Positions 18,964-29,662 of a stretch of DNA of 64,000 nt are shown here, one piece after another. The notes under the pieces are model-generated. The model made no database searches and was not told the origin of the DNA. It worked only from the letters and a program-made list of their open reading frames with translations. The number at the start of each line of letters is the position of its first letter. Position 1 is the stretch's first letter. The DNA is from a virus, in IMG/VR virus record IMGVR_UViG_3300002144_000620, positions 1-64,000 of that record. The stretch is one strand, 5' to 3'. A program made the position numbers and the translations under genes.

Positions 18964-20763
18964 TTATTTTTTATTAGGTGTTACGCCAAATAACCACCCA
19001 AAATCTTTAGTATTTCTTACCGTATTATTAACATTATCTTTATCAGGATCATGTTTTCTACCAACTTCTGGTGAACTGGTTATATCCTCTAATAAATAGT
19101 TTGATTCTGATTTTGTTGTATTAGTTGACACTTTCCAGCTATCTAACATAGCTCTAGTCATATTATCAGACTCTTGTAATCTTTTAAATGATGTGTTAGC
19201 AACAAATAACGCCATACCTAAAGACATTATTAAATCATCATGTGACCCTTTCATGTGGTTAGGTTTACCGTTTTTATAGACGAATTTTTTTAATTCAGCT
19301 ATTAGTCGCTCACTTCTAATTTTGAAACCACCTCTAGACACTGCTTCTTCAAGAGCTGCGACTATTTGACTCCTTCTGTTTCTAGACGCAAAATTTATAC
19401 CAGGTATAGCGTTATCATCTTGCATGTAGTACATACTGTTAATATCACCATCTTTATCATAGTGTAGTAATTTTTTTGGGTAATTTAATTCTTTTAGTTT
19501 TTGTGTTGTTGCAACACCCATACCACCAGTAATATCAACAGTTGTTAACGCATCGTACATTTTACCGTATTGGTCAACTAATTGTGCTGCTATGTCTGGG
19601 GGTACTTTACCATGATATTCTAAAACCTGTTCAAATGTATCATAATCAATAATACACATACCAGTAGCATCCTCGGAATCACCTCTAGATACGTCTAGCG
19701 CTAATATATATCTATGACCTTTTTGTGGTAATTCCCATATCCATAGATTACTATCCCAAGTCTTATCTTTAATTGAAGGTTCTTTTACATTCTCTTGTTC
19801 TTGTTTTCTTATAATTTCACCCTCAATAACATTGTCACCTGAACCAATAAATGCACACTCTAACTCTTGGTTGATCATACGTTTGTTAAAGTTCATATCT
19901 CTACACATATTTTCGTACCAAGATGAATACGGTTTATAACCATCTTCAATAAATTTATTAATTACGTCAATATGTAAATTTACAGCTGAATCAATAACCT
20001 CCTCAGTTTTTTCTTTAATAGGTTTCTGAAACCAGTCTACAATATCTTTTGTTTTAACCAATTTTAAGTCTTTATTAAATCTAGGGTCTCTCCACCATTT
20101 TAAGTGTGTTACACAAAAACTATTATTACCCTTAATAGCACCTTCGTATGATGCGTAATATATTGGGTCTAAACCATTTGGGGTTGATATTAACACAGCT
20201 TTACCCCCAGTACCTATCGAAGCTAAACACGCTGTCCATAATTCTTGACCACCTTCAACGAATGCAGCTTCATCAATTAATAAAACGGTAGGTGTGTATC
20301 CACGTAATGCGTCTTGTGAGGTTGCAACGGCCTTAATTTCAGAACCGTTTGATAACCTGACGTGTTTTTGTGAGGATTTTTCAAAACCCACATTAACCCA
20401 GCTAGGTAGTTGTTTTATAAAGTTTATAATTTTATTTTGAAACTCTATGGCTGTTTCCTGTTTATTGGCTAAGATTAGAACTTTTTCTGGTCTTTCTGGA
20501 CTAGCAAAAGCTGTTAACACAGCTGAATACGCTGCTGTTACGGTTGATATACCCGCTTGCCTATATTTTAAAACTAGATTAAATCTATGTTCTTTGTAAT
20601 TCGCAACTAACTTTTTTTGACCATCAAATAATTCAAAAGGTACATACCCTTCCCTAGTTTTATCAAAAGTTTCAAAATAACTTTCAATAACATAACTAGG
20701 ATCTTGTGAACACTTTGCGTATTCTAGTAGTAATTCTCTTTTATCTGTTATTTGTTTACTCAA
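18964..20763 (-). CDS. Terminase large subunit (T4 gp17-like)
   Basis: KYRQAGIST, LIDEAAF, ISTPNG, ALDVSRGDSED and HDDLIMS motifs. Confidence 0.95.
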   Translation of the reverse strand: MSKQITDKRELLLEYAKCSQDPSYVIESYFETFDKTREGYVPFELFDGQKKLVANYKEHRFNLVLKYRQAGISTVTAAYSAVLTAFASPERPEKVLILANKQETAIEFQNKIINFIKQLPSWVNVGFEKSSQKHVRLSNGSEIKAVATSQDALRGYTPTVLLIDEAAFVEGGQELWTACLASIGTGGKAVLISTPNGLDPIYYASYEGAIKGNNSFCVTHLKWWRDPRFNKDLKLVKTKDIVDWFQKPIKEKTEEVIDSAVNLHIDVINKFIEDGYKPYSSWYENMCRDMNFNKRMINQELECAFIGSGDNVIEGEIIRKQEQENVKEPSIKDKTWDSNLWIWELPQKGHRYILALDVSRGDSEDATGMCIIDYDTFEQVLEYHGKVPPDIAAQLVDQYGKMYDALTTVDITGGMGVATTQKLKELNYPKKLLHYDKDGDINSMYYMQDDNAIPGINFASRNRRSQIVAALEEAVSRGGFKIRSERLIAELKKFVYKNGKPNHMKGSHDDLIMSLGMALFVANTSFKRLQESDNMTRAMLDSWKVSTNTTKSESNYLLEDITSSPEVGRKHDPDKDNVNNTVRNTKDFGWLFGVTPNKK

Positions 20764-20791
20764 CTTAAATTATTTCTATATAAATAGTTTA

Positions 20792-21937
20792 TTATAACCC
20801 TAAATCGCTTAAATCGATATCATCCATCGTACTCTCAAAATGATATTCCATAATTTCAGATCTTTTTTTACTAACTATCCGATTAATCTCATCTTTTGCG
20901 CTATTTGGTTTATTTTCTAATAGTTTCATGAAATCAATAAATTCATCAGCACTTTTCTTAAATAATTCTAATAATATTAATTTTTTAATATCGTAATCAT
21001 TTTCATCTATCTGTTCATTAAGTTTTGTCCAAATTATTGGAAATAATCTTATGTCCCAGATTTCAGATGTTACGGTGTCAGTGTAATTAATAACCTCTTT
21101 CGCTTTATCTTTTGGCATACCAGCAACCGATAATAAAGAGATGATACCTTTTATCATTTCATGTATTAATATCGGGAAATTGATAGCTTTGACTATAATT
21201 TTAGGTATATCTCCGCTAAAGTCAAGGTCAACGTAACCAGCATTATTTGAATCGTTACGTTCTATTGTACTCTTAAATTCATCGTCACTGACCATGTAAT
21301 AAATCAAATCATTAGCTATTAAAGCTTTTTGGTAAAATTGGATTACATCAGGTACTATATCATGTATTTCATCACTATATAAATGAAATATGTAGTGACC
21401 TTTTAGTGAAGCTCCTTGGGCTAGAGCATTAATTGTTCGTCTCTTAACTATTTCATCACCCATCTCTTTCTCTAACTCATCTTTTTCTTCATCAGTTAAT
21501 GGGGATTCCATGTTGGTTTCTTCAGGTAGACTGATTGTACCTGGATTCATTAATTCTAAATCAAAAATAACCTCATCGTTATCAATATTCCATTCCTCTC
21601 TTATGATTCTTTCAGCTAAAGAACATAATTCTTCTCTATGACCATTTTCTTTTGAAATAGCAGCAAAATTAGCTGTTGCTGCTCTCATCATAACATCAAT
21701 TTTTTTAATATCTTTTTTATCAACCTGAAATGTATTTGAATAAGAATCGATAAGCTCTGTGTATCTTTTAGTAGCAATATCCTCTTCTCTCCAAATATCT
21801 GGTTCTAAAGATCTGTTGTAATAAGGCATTTTAGCCAGTGCGTGTGTTCTTTCTGATAATTTATAAATAATATCAGTGTTTACTAGATTTGGGTAATCTA
21901 GATCTTTTAATTGTTTCTCTATACCAGATTTTCTCAT
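20792..21937 (-). CDS. Hypothetical protein
   Basis: 381-aa ORF with an upstream host-type promoter. Confidence 0.65.
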   Translation of the reverse strand: MRKSGIEKQLKDLDYPNLVNTDIIYKLSERTHALAKMPYYNRSLEPDIWREEDIATKRYTELIDSYSNTFQVDKKDIKKIDVMMRAATANFAAISKENGHREELCSLAERIIREEWNIDNDEVIFDLELMNPGTISLPEETNMESPLTDEEKDELEKEMGDEIVKRRTINALAQGASLKGHYIFHLYSDEIHDIVPDVIQFYQKALIANDLIYYMVSDDEFKSTIERNDSNNAGYVDLDFSGDIPKIIVKAINFPILIHEMIKGIISLLSVAGMPKDKAKEVINYTDTVTSEIWDIRLFPIIWTKLNEQIDENDYDIKKLILLELFKKSADEFIDFMKLLENKPNSAKDEINRIVSKKRSEIMEYHFESTMDDIDLSDLGL

Positions 21938-21967
21938 AAAAAAAAATGTCTTATTTTAATAATAAGA

Positions 21968-21998
21968 CAAATTTAGTTAAAAAATTCGATATAACAAA
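21968..21998 (-). promoter_or_regulatory. Bacteroidota-type promoter
   Basis: TTTG-N19-TAAATTTG on the minus strand. Confidence 0.55.
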
Positions 21999-22001
21999 GT
22001 T

Positions 22002-22118
22002 TTAAGCTTTCGGTTTACCTTTTTCATCTGGTTTGGGTATATCTATTTTAGATGGATTTTTGGTTGGTGTGATAACTGGTGTTATTACTGGAGCTATTTT
22101 TTCTTCGTTACTGTACAT
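22002..22118 (-). CDS. Small Pro/Lys-rich hypothetical protein, 38 aa (not in ORF track)
   Basis: MYSNEEKIAPVITPVITPTKNPSKIDIPKPDEKGKPKA*. It starts 5 nt after the upstream stop codon. Confidence 0.45.
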   Translation of the reverse strand: MYSNEEKIAPVITPVITPTKNPSKIDIPKPDEKGKPKA

Positions 22119-22123
22119 GTTTT

Positions 22124-22930
22124 TTATTTTTTTCTTTCGCTAATAAATGATATTATATCACTTTTTGTTAATCTAGGTGTTTCTGACTCTGCAATAATAC
22201 TTAATATTTCTGGATTAACAAAATGTTCCTCATTAATATTTTTAACCATGTCTAGCATACGTCTTATTTCACGATAGGCTACCATAGTATCCCCACCCTT
22301 AATTACATCAATAGCTTTTTTAATAACCCAACCTTTAGCTCCCATCATTTTAATTAAATTATCGACCTCAATAGGATCCATCTTACTAATTACCTTAGAA
22401 TAGTCAGGGTCATTTGATGTAGAATCTTTTTTAGTGAATAAAGATATTTGGTTTGTGTCGTTTGTATTAATTATTTTACCTAATTTATGTAATTCCAATT
22501 CTTGTTTAGCGTCATCAAACGTAACAATTTCTTTATGCATCTCATTGTCATCATATTTTAATAAACCTTTGGCGTAATCAATTACCTCGTCTTTTGATAA
22601 ATTTTTTGCTACCTCATCACCTTCGTAGTCGGTAATGTTATATAGATCTGATGATCCCTCTTTTTCAATTTTATTTTCAGGTGAAATATCATAATATCTA
22701 TAACCACCTGTTAATCTTTCTAACAAATTATCGATAACAACTGTAAACTCTTCTGGTGAATTTTCATTTAATTCTTGTTCATCGGATTCATTCTGTTGTG
22801 TCATGGCTTCAACGGAGTCTTTTGTGTCCATTAAACTTTTTATAGCATCTTTAGCTTTATCAAGCGATTGAATCGTTTCTTCTGGATTCGTTATAGCTTG
22901 TTTTATCGCATCGTCATTTTTATTTTCCAT
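22124..22930 (-). CDS. Hypothetical protein, possible internal head protein
   Basis: Acidic protein with LNE, INE, IAE and ISE motifs. Confidence 0.55.
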   Translation of the reverse strand: MENKNDDAIKQAITNPEETIQSLDKAKDAIKSLMDTKDSVEAMTQQNESDEQELNENSPEEFTVVIDNLLERLTGGYRYYDISPENKIEKEGSSDLYNITDYEGDEVAKNLSKDEVIDYAKGLLKYDDNEMHKEIVTFDDAKQELELHKLGKIINTNDTNQISLFTKKDSTSNDPDYSKVISKMDPIEVDNLIKMMGAKGWVIKKAIDVIKGGDTMVAYREIRRMLDMVKNINEEHFVNPEILSIIAESETPRLTKSDIISFISERKK

Positions 22931-23334
22931 TATATTTTATGTATTTCATCTTTGTTTATTATCGTTAATTCTTTATCTCTACTGTAAATTTTACCTTTAA
23001 CGCTTTCAATATCCTCACCATATCTAAAAACTAATCTATCCTCTATTTCAGGTGATTCTGTTTCCCAGGCTAATGCTATTATACCTTCAACACAATCGTA
23101 CATTGAGAAATTATCTGAATGCATATTTAATGTCAATTCAATATCGGTTGATTTAAGTATACCCACCTCATCGACCTGATCTATATTAGGTGGTGTTGGG
23201 GTACCGCTAGATGCTGGTTCAACATCCCAGTCTTCACCATATTCAACATTATCAGTTCTTTTTGTAAAGATAAATTCGTATATGTTTTGACCTTTAAAGT
23301 CTTTATTAAGTGGGTTTATATATATTAAATACAT
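22930..23334 (-). CDS. Hypothetical protein
   Basis: 134-aa ORF translationally coupled to its neighbours. Confidence 0.6.
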   Translation of the reverse strand: MYLIYINPLNKDFKGQNIYEFIFTKRTDNVEYGEDWDVEPASSGTPTPPNIDQVDEVGILKSTDIELTLNMHSDNFSMYDCVEGIIALAWETESPEIEDRLVFRYGEDIESVKGKIYSRDKELTIINKDEIHKI

Positions 23335-23335
23335 A

Positions 23336-24760
23336 TTACTTTAATTTACTTACTAGCTGAAACTCAAGTTCATTTTCGTATATATTTGTTTCACCATTTG
23401 TTTCAATTTTTATATCGATAAAATAATCCTGTGGTATTAACCACGTAGTATCTATAGTGAAATAATTATTATTCGTTGTTTTATTAACCCTTTCCCATTC
23501 GGTTATAGGTATTACGGTTGTACCTTGTTTTGTATACATTCTGTAATAAAGTGTATTACTAACCTCGTATTCAGAAACCGTATACGGTTTTCTTAGTAGT
23601 ACATTAACTTTTCGTTTTTCACCTTGCGTTAGCTTTTCTTCTCTTCTAATACCACTAACTGATAAACCATATCTAGTATCGTCCAATACTTCCGTATTGA
23701 AGGTGAAGTATTTGTCAGCATCAATTGGTACGAATCTCATATCAACTTTAGGTCTTTGTGACCCATTATAAATTATAGCATCCCATATGTCGTTGTATTC
23801 TGAATAGCTAGTGAAAATATCTTCACTACCATAAACATTAACGTAATAAATACCCTTAGTTTTTTGATATACTGTTAGGTCAACACCATTTATAGAACAT
23901 GTTGGTAAGGAATCTAAGTTCTGTAATTTACCACCAATTATTGAGGTAAAAAATAATTTATTCGCTTTACCTAAATAAAAACTATTTCTATCGTCCTCGA
24001 TATAATCATCGTATTTTGTTTCAATGAAAGGTTCAAAAAATGTTTGGGTGTGTCTAGTAAATAAACCCAGTGCAAAAGTTTTTGGGTCTGATGACGTATC
24101 TATATTTTCTATAGCTTCACTGTATTTAATACAAAACCCCATATATTCAGTCGTACCAGTTGTTGTACCAGTTGTTGTACCAGTTGTCGTACCAGTTGTT
24201 GTACCAGTTGTTATATAATTATTAACAAAGTCCGTTATGTCCATCTCAATATCCTCATTACCTTTATCTAAGTGAGCTATAGCTATAGGTGTGCTACTAC
24301 TAGGTATTATACCTGGTGTAGTAAAAGTATCAAGAAGGGTACTGTTAAACCAGTTTGATGGCTCTGCAATATAATCCCTATTCTCTGGTGTTGATATTAC
24401 ACTTTCTTCAAAATCATATCCAGTACCTTCATCCCATTTTTCATTAATAACGTGTAATTCTAAATCTACAGAATTTGGTCTATAACTGTTGCCTAACATT
24501 AGGTTGTTATTAACACTTAGAAAAGATTTAATATCAAAACTAGATGTATTTTTAATTTTTAGTGTATGCGTTAAAGTACCATTAGTATTTATAGTTTTAT
24601 CATTAACTAACGATTTTATTTCATCGAAAGAGCAATAAAACAAAAATCTACTGGTTTTTGAACCAAAATATAGTTCAGACACTTGGTTTCTACCAGTGTT
24701 TATGTCACTATCTTTAATGATAGTATTGTTTTTATCGAAGTATGTTCTATAGATCCCCAT
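23336..24760 (-). CDS. Putative virion structural (baseplate/tail) protein
   Basis: Beta-rich composition, lies among structural genes, has a late motif upstream and an internal (TTGT)n linker. Confidence 0.55.
   Translation of the reverse strand: MGIYRTYFDKNNTIIKDSDINTGRNQVSELYFGSKTSRFLFYCSFDEIKSLVNDKTINTNGTLTHTLKIKNTSSFDIKSFLSVNNNLMLGNSYRPNSVDLELHVINEKWDEGTGYDFEESVISTPENRDYIAEPSNWFNSTLLDTFTTPGIIPSSSTPIAIAHLDKGNEDIEMDITDFVNNYITTGTTTGTTTGTTTGTTTGTTEYMGFCIKYSEAIENIDTSSDPKTFALGLFTRHTQTFFEPFIETKYDDYIEDDRNSFYLGKANKLFFTSIIGGKLQNLDSLPTCSINGVDLTVYQKTKGIYYVNVYGSEDIFTSYSEYNDIWDAIIYNGSQRPKVDMRFVPIDADKYFTFNTEVLDDTRYGLSVSGIRREEKLTQGEKRKVNVLLRKPYTVSEYEVSNTLYYRMYTKQGTTVIPITEWERVNKTTNNNYFTIDTTWLIPQDYFIDIKIETNGETNIYENELEFQLVSKLK
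24150..24212 (-). repeat. 12-bp tandem repeat encoding (TTGT)x5
   Basis: gtaccagttgtt units; the protein reads ITTGTTTGTTTGTTTGTTTGTTE. Confidence 0.85.
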
Positions 24761-24773
24761 GGTTATAAATATT

Positions 24774-26426
24774 TTAGTTTATACGGAAGTTATGATTAAT
24801 TATACTAGTTGGTTGATTTAATTTATTTCCGTTTATTTCTTGGGTTAATTCACTAACTAAATCAGTTAACAATTTTCTAGCGTCATTATTGATAGAGTTG
24901 TCAACTTGTCCTATTGAATGTCCGTGTGTTAGTACGATATCGATTAATCTATTAATAACACCTAAAATCTTTTCACCCCTAACCCACCCATAAGTTTCAT
25001 AGGATCTATTACCATCACTAGTTAGACTAGAAACAAATTTAGCTACCGTTTGGTTATCCATACCAGAATCGTTATTATCTAAATAATTTGGTGAATTTAA
25101 ACTACTTAACATTAAAAACTTATCAGAATATATTACATGAGCTGTAACGTCCTTATCCTCAGATGACTCATTAACACTATTAATTGTTTCAGTTGTTGGT
25201 GGTTGTAAGTTTTGGTTACCTAAGTATCTTTCGGTATTGTATTTCCTAACTTTACCAATAAACGAATTAAATTCTTTAAATCTAATATAATCAAGCGATA
25301 AAGTGTCATTTGGTTGTAATCTAGGTATAAACAAATCATCTTGTAATTGTATTGTTGGTGTCATATATAGATCCCTAGTATTTGTTGATATTCTTACAAC
25401 AGAGTTGTTTAAATTAACTACCATGTCTGGTGTGTCATTTATAGCACCACCATTGTTAGGTCTTGATGTAACTCGATTAACTAAATTAATATTACCGCTA
25501 GGTTCAGTGTACTGGTTAGTACTTGGTGTATCTGGGTTAAAAAATTTAATTTTCTTTTGGTTATATGCCGATAATATCGCTTCAATATTATTATCCATAG
25601 CCTCAATACTATTGAAATTAAGTACGTGTCTAACAGCGTATTGGTTATTTAAACTACCAGAAGTGTAATCACTATACTTATTGTAGTTTTTCTTATTTAA
25701 ACCACTTTTACCTTTGTCATCCTGAATAACCTCTAACGTATCGTAAATTGATATTATACATTGTATGTTTTTGTCTTCTGGATTATTTTTTCGTGTATAA
25801 TTAAACTTTAATTCAATAATATAATCTAAGAATACGTCTTTTACTTTTGTTACTGTTTTAGTTGTTTCTTTATAAGTTAAACTTTTTCTATACTTCGATA
25901 ACTGGATTATAGGGTATTGTGTTTTACTAGTTCTATTATTAATGTGGTCTAACCTTATTAAAACTCTATTGTTACCTAATAATATTTGTTCGTTATTAAA
26001 ACCCGTTAAACCAGTGTCACTGGTTTTGTTAGCTATTTCCGATGGGGTTTCCGACTTTTGTTTATTAGCTTCATCTCTGAAGTTACTAGTTAAATATATT
26101 GGGTTATCAGTAATGGGGCCAACATATGACATAGTACCATCATCATCCGTTATTAATCTAACTATTTGTCCATTTAATGGTATTATATTTAGATTACTTG
26201 GTAAGAAAGGTGTAGCTACGTATCTGTCTGATAATTTTTCACCTTCTCCTACATAAGCCCATGGTATATATTTAATGTTACCAGAGTTATTATTATTAAC
26301 ATAATCTTGTATTTGGTTTACCGAAAAATAAGTTCTGAATTGTTTGTAATCCACAACACGGATTCTACCATGATTTTCTGGATCACGGTTATCAAAACAT
26401 ATTCCTTTTGTGTAATTACTATTCAT
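24774..26426 (-). CDS. Baseplate hub/central spike protein (gp5/VgrG-like OB fold)
   Basis: N-terminal DNRDPENHGRIRV resembles the gp5 D-N-x-D-P...GR-x-RV motif. C-terminal HxH (THGH) is typical of metal-binding spike tips. Confidence 0.6.
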   Translation of the reverse strand: MNSNYTKGICFDNRDPENHGRIRVVDYKQFRTYFSVNQIQDYVNNNNSGNIKYIPWAYVGEGEKLSDRYVATPFLPSNLNIIPLNGQIVRLITDDDGTMSYVGPITDNPIYLTSNFRDEANKQKSETPSEIANKTSDTGLTGFNNEQILLGNNRVLIRLDHINNRTSKTQYPIIQLSKYRKSLTYKETTKTVTKVKDVFLDYIIELKFNYTRKNNPEDKNIQCIISIYDTLEVIQDDKGKSGLNKKNYNKYSDYTSGSLNNQYAVRHVLNFNSIEAMDNNIEAILSAYNQKKIKFFNPDTPSTNQYTEPSGNINLVNRVTSRPNNGGAINDTPDMVVNLNNSVVRISTNTRDLYMTPTIQLQDDLFIPRLQPNDTLSLDYIRFKEFNSFIGKVRKYNTERYLGNQNLQPPTTETINSVNESSEDKDVTAHVIYSDKFLMLSSLNSPNYLDNNDSGMDNQTVAKFVSSLTSDGNRSYETYGWVRGEKILGVINRLIDIVLTHGHSIGQVDNSINNDARKLLTDLVSELTQEINGNKLNQPTSIINHNFRIN

Positions 26427-26427
26427 T

Positions 26428-26631
26428 TTATTTAAACTTTAATCTATCTTGTAGTTCACCATAAATTTTATTATAGGTCACTTCGACCTCTTCTAGTGTT
26501 GTTGTTAACTTAACAATAGTCTCCTTTACATCATAAAAATCGTTTTTAAGTGCCATCAATAAAGTTGCTAAATCTTTATTAGATTTTTTTTCGATGTTAT
26601 CGTGAATTTCTTTTAATTTTGGGTTATTCAT
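26428..26631 (-). CDS. Small coiled-coil hypothetical protein
   Basis: 67-aa helical ORF in the operon. Confidence 0.55.
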   Translation of the reverse strand: MNNPKLKEIHDNIEKKSNKDLATLLMALKNDFYDVKETIVKLTTTLEEVEVTYNKIYGELQDRLKFK

Positions 26632-26633
26632 TG

Positions 26634-28541
26634 TTACTGTATTTGTCCATATCCTATCGAAAAACCAACACCTGTGCTGCTTACTTCAACTTTTGCGTTA
26701 GTTTTTATACTACTTGTCATTAATTTAACAGTTTCCTCGAGTGCTATCATTAGGTGGTTTGGTGTCCCGTCTGGAAATGTTGAAGCTGTTTCTATACCCT
26801 TTTCACTTAAGTTAGCTTTTAAATCGTTAATCATAGCAACAGAATTTAAACCAGGCTTAAGAGCCCCACCTATAAGTACTAATGGTGGTGGCATTGGTGG
26901 CATTGGTACCACATTTAATAGTTTTAATAATCTCAATACTTGTGCAATTATTGATTCACAACCACTTATTTTAGCACCTTTTAACGCTTTTAATAACGCC
27001 AATAAACTACCCAGGGATGCAGCGTAATCTAAACCTCTTTGTTTTAAAAAATCAGCACTTAGTTTTTTGGCTAATTTAATCAAATCTTTCTTAATTAAAT
27101 TAAATATGTTTTGTACAACTAAATCAGTTACTGTAGAACCTATTTTTTGTATTACTGGTTTTATAAAGCTAATGTGTTCTTCAGCAGTTTTTTTATCGGT
27201 ATCACCTTTAAGTGCTAAAAATAGTTTAGGTACAAGCATTAATTTAGGTGTTACAACCATTTGCATAACTGCGTATGGAATTGATTTTAATACCCCTAAC
27301 TGAACTTCAGCGTTAATGTTACCTAAATCTATAATAGCATTAACCTCACCGTCATTTACAACCTTTGTGATTCCGTTATTTAAACTTTTATCTAGTAATG
27401 AAGCAGCTTGGTCTAGATTAGGCACTCGTTTTGAGTTATCTAATTTAATACTCTCGTCTGGTGCATTAATTGTATTAGGGTTTTCACCAGGAAATAATAA
27501 ATTATTTTCTTGACTATTGTTAAATAATTCTTCTAATGAGTTTATGATATCGTCAGAGTTTATAGATACATCTAAATTACCGCAAGATGAGAATCTTAAA
27601 AAACCTTTTGACCTTAAATCACCTATTTGGTTAATCTCATCTAATTCTCTACTATTGAAATTAAAAACATTATCATAATCAGCGTCTGAGTTTAAAATAC
27701 CGCTAGTTTCACCGTTTTTTTGTGATTGATTAGCACCGTATTCATTATTTAAAAAACCTTTGTTAGTTGAGTCAGGTATTGTGGTATCTTCTTCTTCGTT
27801 ACAAAAACCGAACATTTTCTTTAAACCTTTAGTTAAACCGCTTTGTTTAACCACAATATTTTTACCTAATTTAGCTTTAATCGAAACAGCACCTGTTAAT
27901 ATGTCTGTTAGTATTGTCATAAAGTTAGGGAAGTTGAATACAGGTGTAACAACTTTCATATAGTCCTCTAAAAATTCACCAAATTGTTTTTTAGAATAAC
28001 TAGCACCAAATTGTAGTAGGTATGTTGAGCTATCTTTTGCGTGTAGTGTAAATAAAACCCTATCACCAATTTTAAGTTCTAATGGTGATGATTTAGTTGC
28101 GTTTTGGGCTTTATAAAAAAAGTAATTAATGTGTTTTGTTATATCATTACCTTCGTACATTAATTTACCAACACGACCGTCTGGATCTATATTTAATAAA
28201 CCGTAACCGTCTATTTCTGATTTAGTGATTTCTATACCTGAAACAGAAAGTGTTGTATATTTTTCTGGTATAATTAAATTAACATCACAACCAAATTTGG
28301 TTATGAAGGAATCTATAATTACTTTATTTATAGAATCAAATTTTTTAAACTGGGATAAACTACCCTTAAGTATTAAACTTTTAAACTCTTTTTGTCCCCT
28401 AGTTGACTTAACTAGTTCAACCAAAAAATCAATAAACTCTAATTTATTGATTTTCTTTTGGGATTCTGTAACGAATCCTTTTTGAGTGTTCGATATTGTT
28501 AAAGATCTGTATCTAGAGAATATTTCGCTTTGTGAACTCAT
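26634..28541 (-). CDS. Hypothetical (probable virion) protein
   Basis: 635-aa ORF in a late operon upstream of the spike-like gene. Confidence 0.6.
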   Translation of the reverse strand: MSSQSEIFSRYRSLTISNTQKGFVTESQKKINKLEFIDFLVELVKSTRGQKEFKSLILKGSLSQFKKFDSINKVIIDSFITKFGCDVNLIIPEKYTTLSVSGIEITKSEIDGYGLLNIDPDGRVGKLMYEGNDITKHINYFFYKAQNATKSSPLELKIGDRVLFTLHAKDSSTYLLQFGASYSKKQFGEFLEDYMKVVTPVFNFPNFMTILTDILTGAVSIKAKLGKNIVVKQSGLTKGLKKMFGFCNEEEDTTIPDSTNKGFLNNEYGANQSQKNGETSGILNSDADYDNVFNFNSRELDEINQIGDLRSKGFLRFSSCGNLDVSINSDDIINSLEELFNNSQENNLLFPGENPNTINAPDESIKLDNSKRVPNLDQAASLLDKSLNNGITKVVNDGEVNAIIDLGNINAEVQLGVLKSIPYAVMQMVVTPKLMLVPKLFLALKGDTDKKTAEEHISFIKPVIQKIGSTVTDLVVQNIFNLIKKDLIKLAKKLSADFLKQRGLDYAASLGSLLALLKALKGAKISGCESIIAQVLRLLKLLNVVPMPPMPPPLVLIGGALKPGLNSVAMINDLKANLSEKGIETASTFPDGTPNHLMIALEETVKLMTSSIKTNAKVEVSSTGVGFSIGYGQIQ

Positions 28542-28543
28542 AT

Positions 28544-28924
28544 TTATTCATATTCTTTTTCACTAGTATCTGATGGTTTACTCGGGTCGCTTTTTAAAAA
28601 ATCTTCAGCCCATTTCCTGTCTTCATCAGTGATTGTCATATTAGCACCTTGGCCATCAATTGGTTTACCAGATTTATAGAGAATATCCCCTTGTATCTTA
28701 ATTAACCTTAATTTTTTTTCTATCGAGGAGTCTATTATTTTAAGTAGGTCATTAGTTATCTTACCAACTAGAGCAATATCAGAATTTTCATTAATATCTT
28801 TACTGAATTTTTTGTAAGCTGATAACGCACGACTTCTTTCGTCAACAATTTCATTGTAGGTCTCCTGCATCAATTCTCTCATGCTATCTTCAGAGATATC
28901 TACTTTCTTTTTCTTTGGTGTCAT
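28544..28924 (-). CDS. Hypothetical helical protein, possibly terminase small subunit
   Basis: Size and the amphipathic helix VGKITNDLLKIIDSSIEKKLRL are reminiscent of gp16-like proteins. Late motif upstream. Function is an inference. Confidence 0.3.
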   Translation of the reverse strand: MTPKKKKVDISEDSMRELMQETYNEIVDERSRALSAYKKFSKDINENSDIALVGKITNDLLKIIDSSIEKKLRLIKIQGDILYKSGKPIDGQGANMTITDEDRKWAEDFLKSDPSKPSDTSEKEYE

Positions 28925-28948
28925 AATAATGTTGTTTACTAATAAATA

Positions 28949-29662
28949 TCAATCATCTAGATAATTATCTTTAAAAATTTTATATAATGACTTAAATCGT
29001 CTCATACTGTTTCTAATTTCCTTAGTATTAAGACCCGTCATATTCCTGATATACAATAATATTAGGTTCTTATTAAACTTTGGTGAGTTCTTACCATCAT
29101 TTACATCTGAGAATAATTCACGCCAGTCTTCTAGTATTTTAGCTAATGCGTAGCCAACTTTAAACTCATTATCAGATAAATTATCGTTTTTTAACTCTTC
29201 TCTAACACTTGTAGCTAATGATTCTAGGAATTGTGTAAAATCTATTTCATCATCATCTATTCTATATGTGTAACCATCTCTTTTTAGTACATCGTTTTCG
29301 CTATGATCTATATCAACTAAAGATATGTTTCTTTTGTACTCCTTAACCATTTCACCAAAAAGATAATTTTTACAAATGGTACCAAAGTATGAATAAGATC
29401 TTTTACCCTTTTCTGGTTTAAACTTATCAAATTTTGTTATTAAGAAAGATAGTGTGTCGGCATGTAGATCCTGATATTCGTATGATACCCTATAGAGTTT
29501 ATAGGTTCGTATAATACTATCTATTAAAGTATTTATAGGTTCTAATAAGTGTTCTCTGTAAATCTTTTCACGTTCAAACTCACATTCGCACTCTAAAAAC
29601 ATGACGACAGCCTTTTCTTGTTCTGGACCGTAATAGTTCCGAGTTTTCTTTTTTCTCGGCAT
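28949..29662 (-). CDS. Sigma-factor-like late transcription protein (gp55-like)
   Basis: DL..DTLSFL..KFDKFKPEKGKRSYSYFGTICKNY resembles sigma region 2 of gp55-like factors. Confidence 0.7.
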   Translation of the reverse strand: MPRKKKTRNYYGPEQEKAVVMFLECECEFEREKIYREHLLEPINTLIDSIIRTYKLYRVSYEYQDLHADTLSFLITKFDKFKPEKGKRSYSYFGTICKNYLFGEMVKEYKRNISLVDIDHSENDVLKRDGYTYRIDDDEIDFTQFLESLATSVREELKNDNLSDNEFKVGYALAKILEDWRELFSDVNDGKNSPKFNKNLILLYIRNMTGLNTKEIRNSMRRFKSLYKIFKDNYLDD

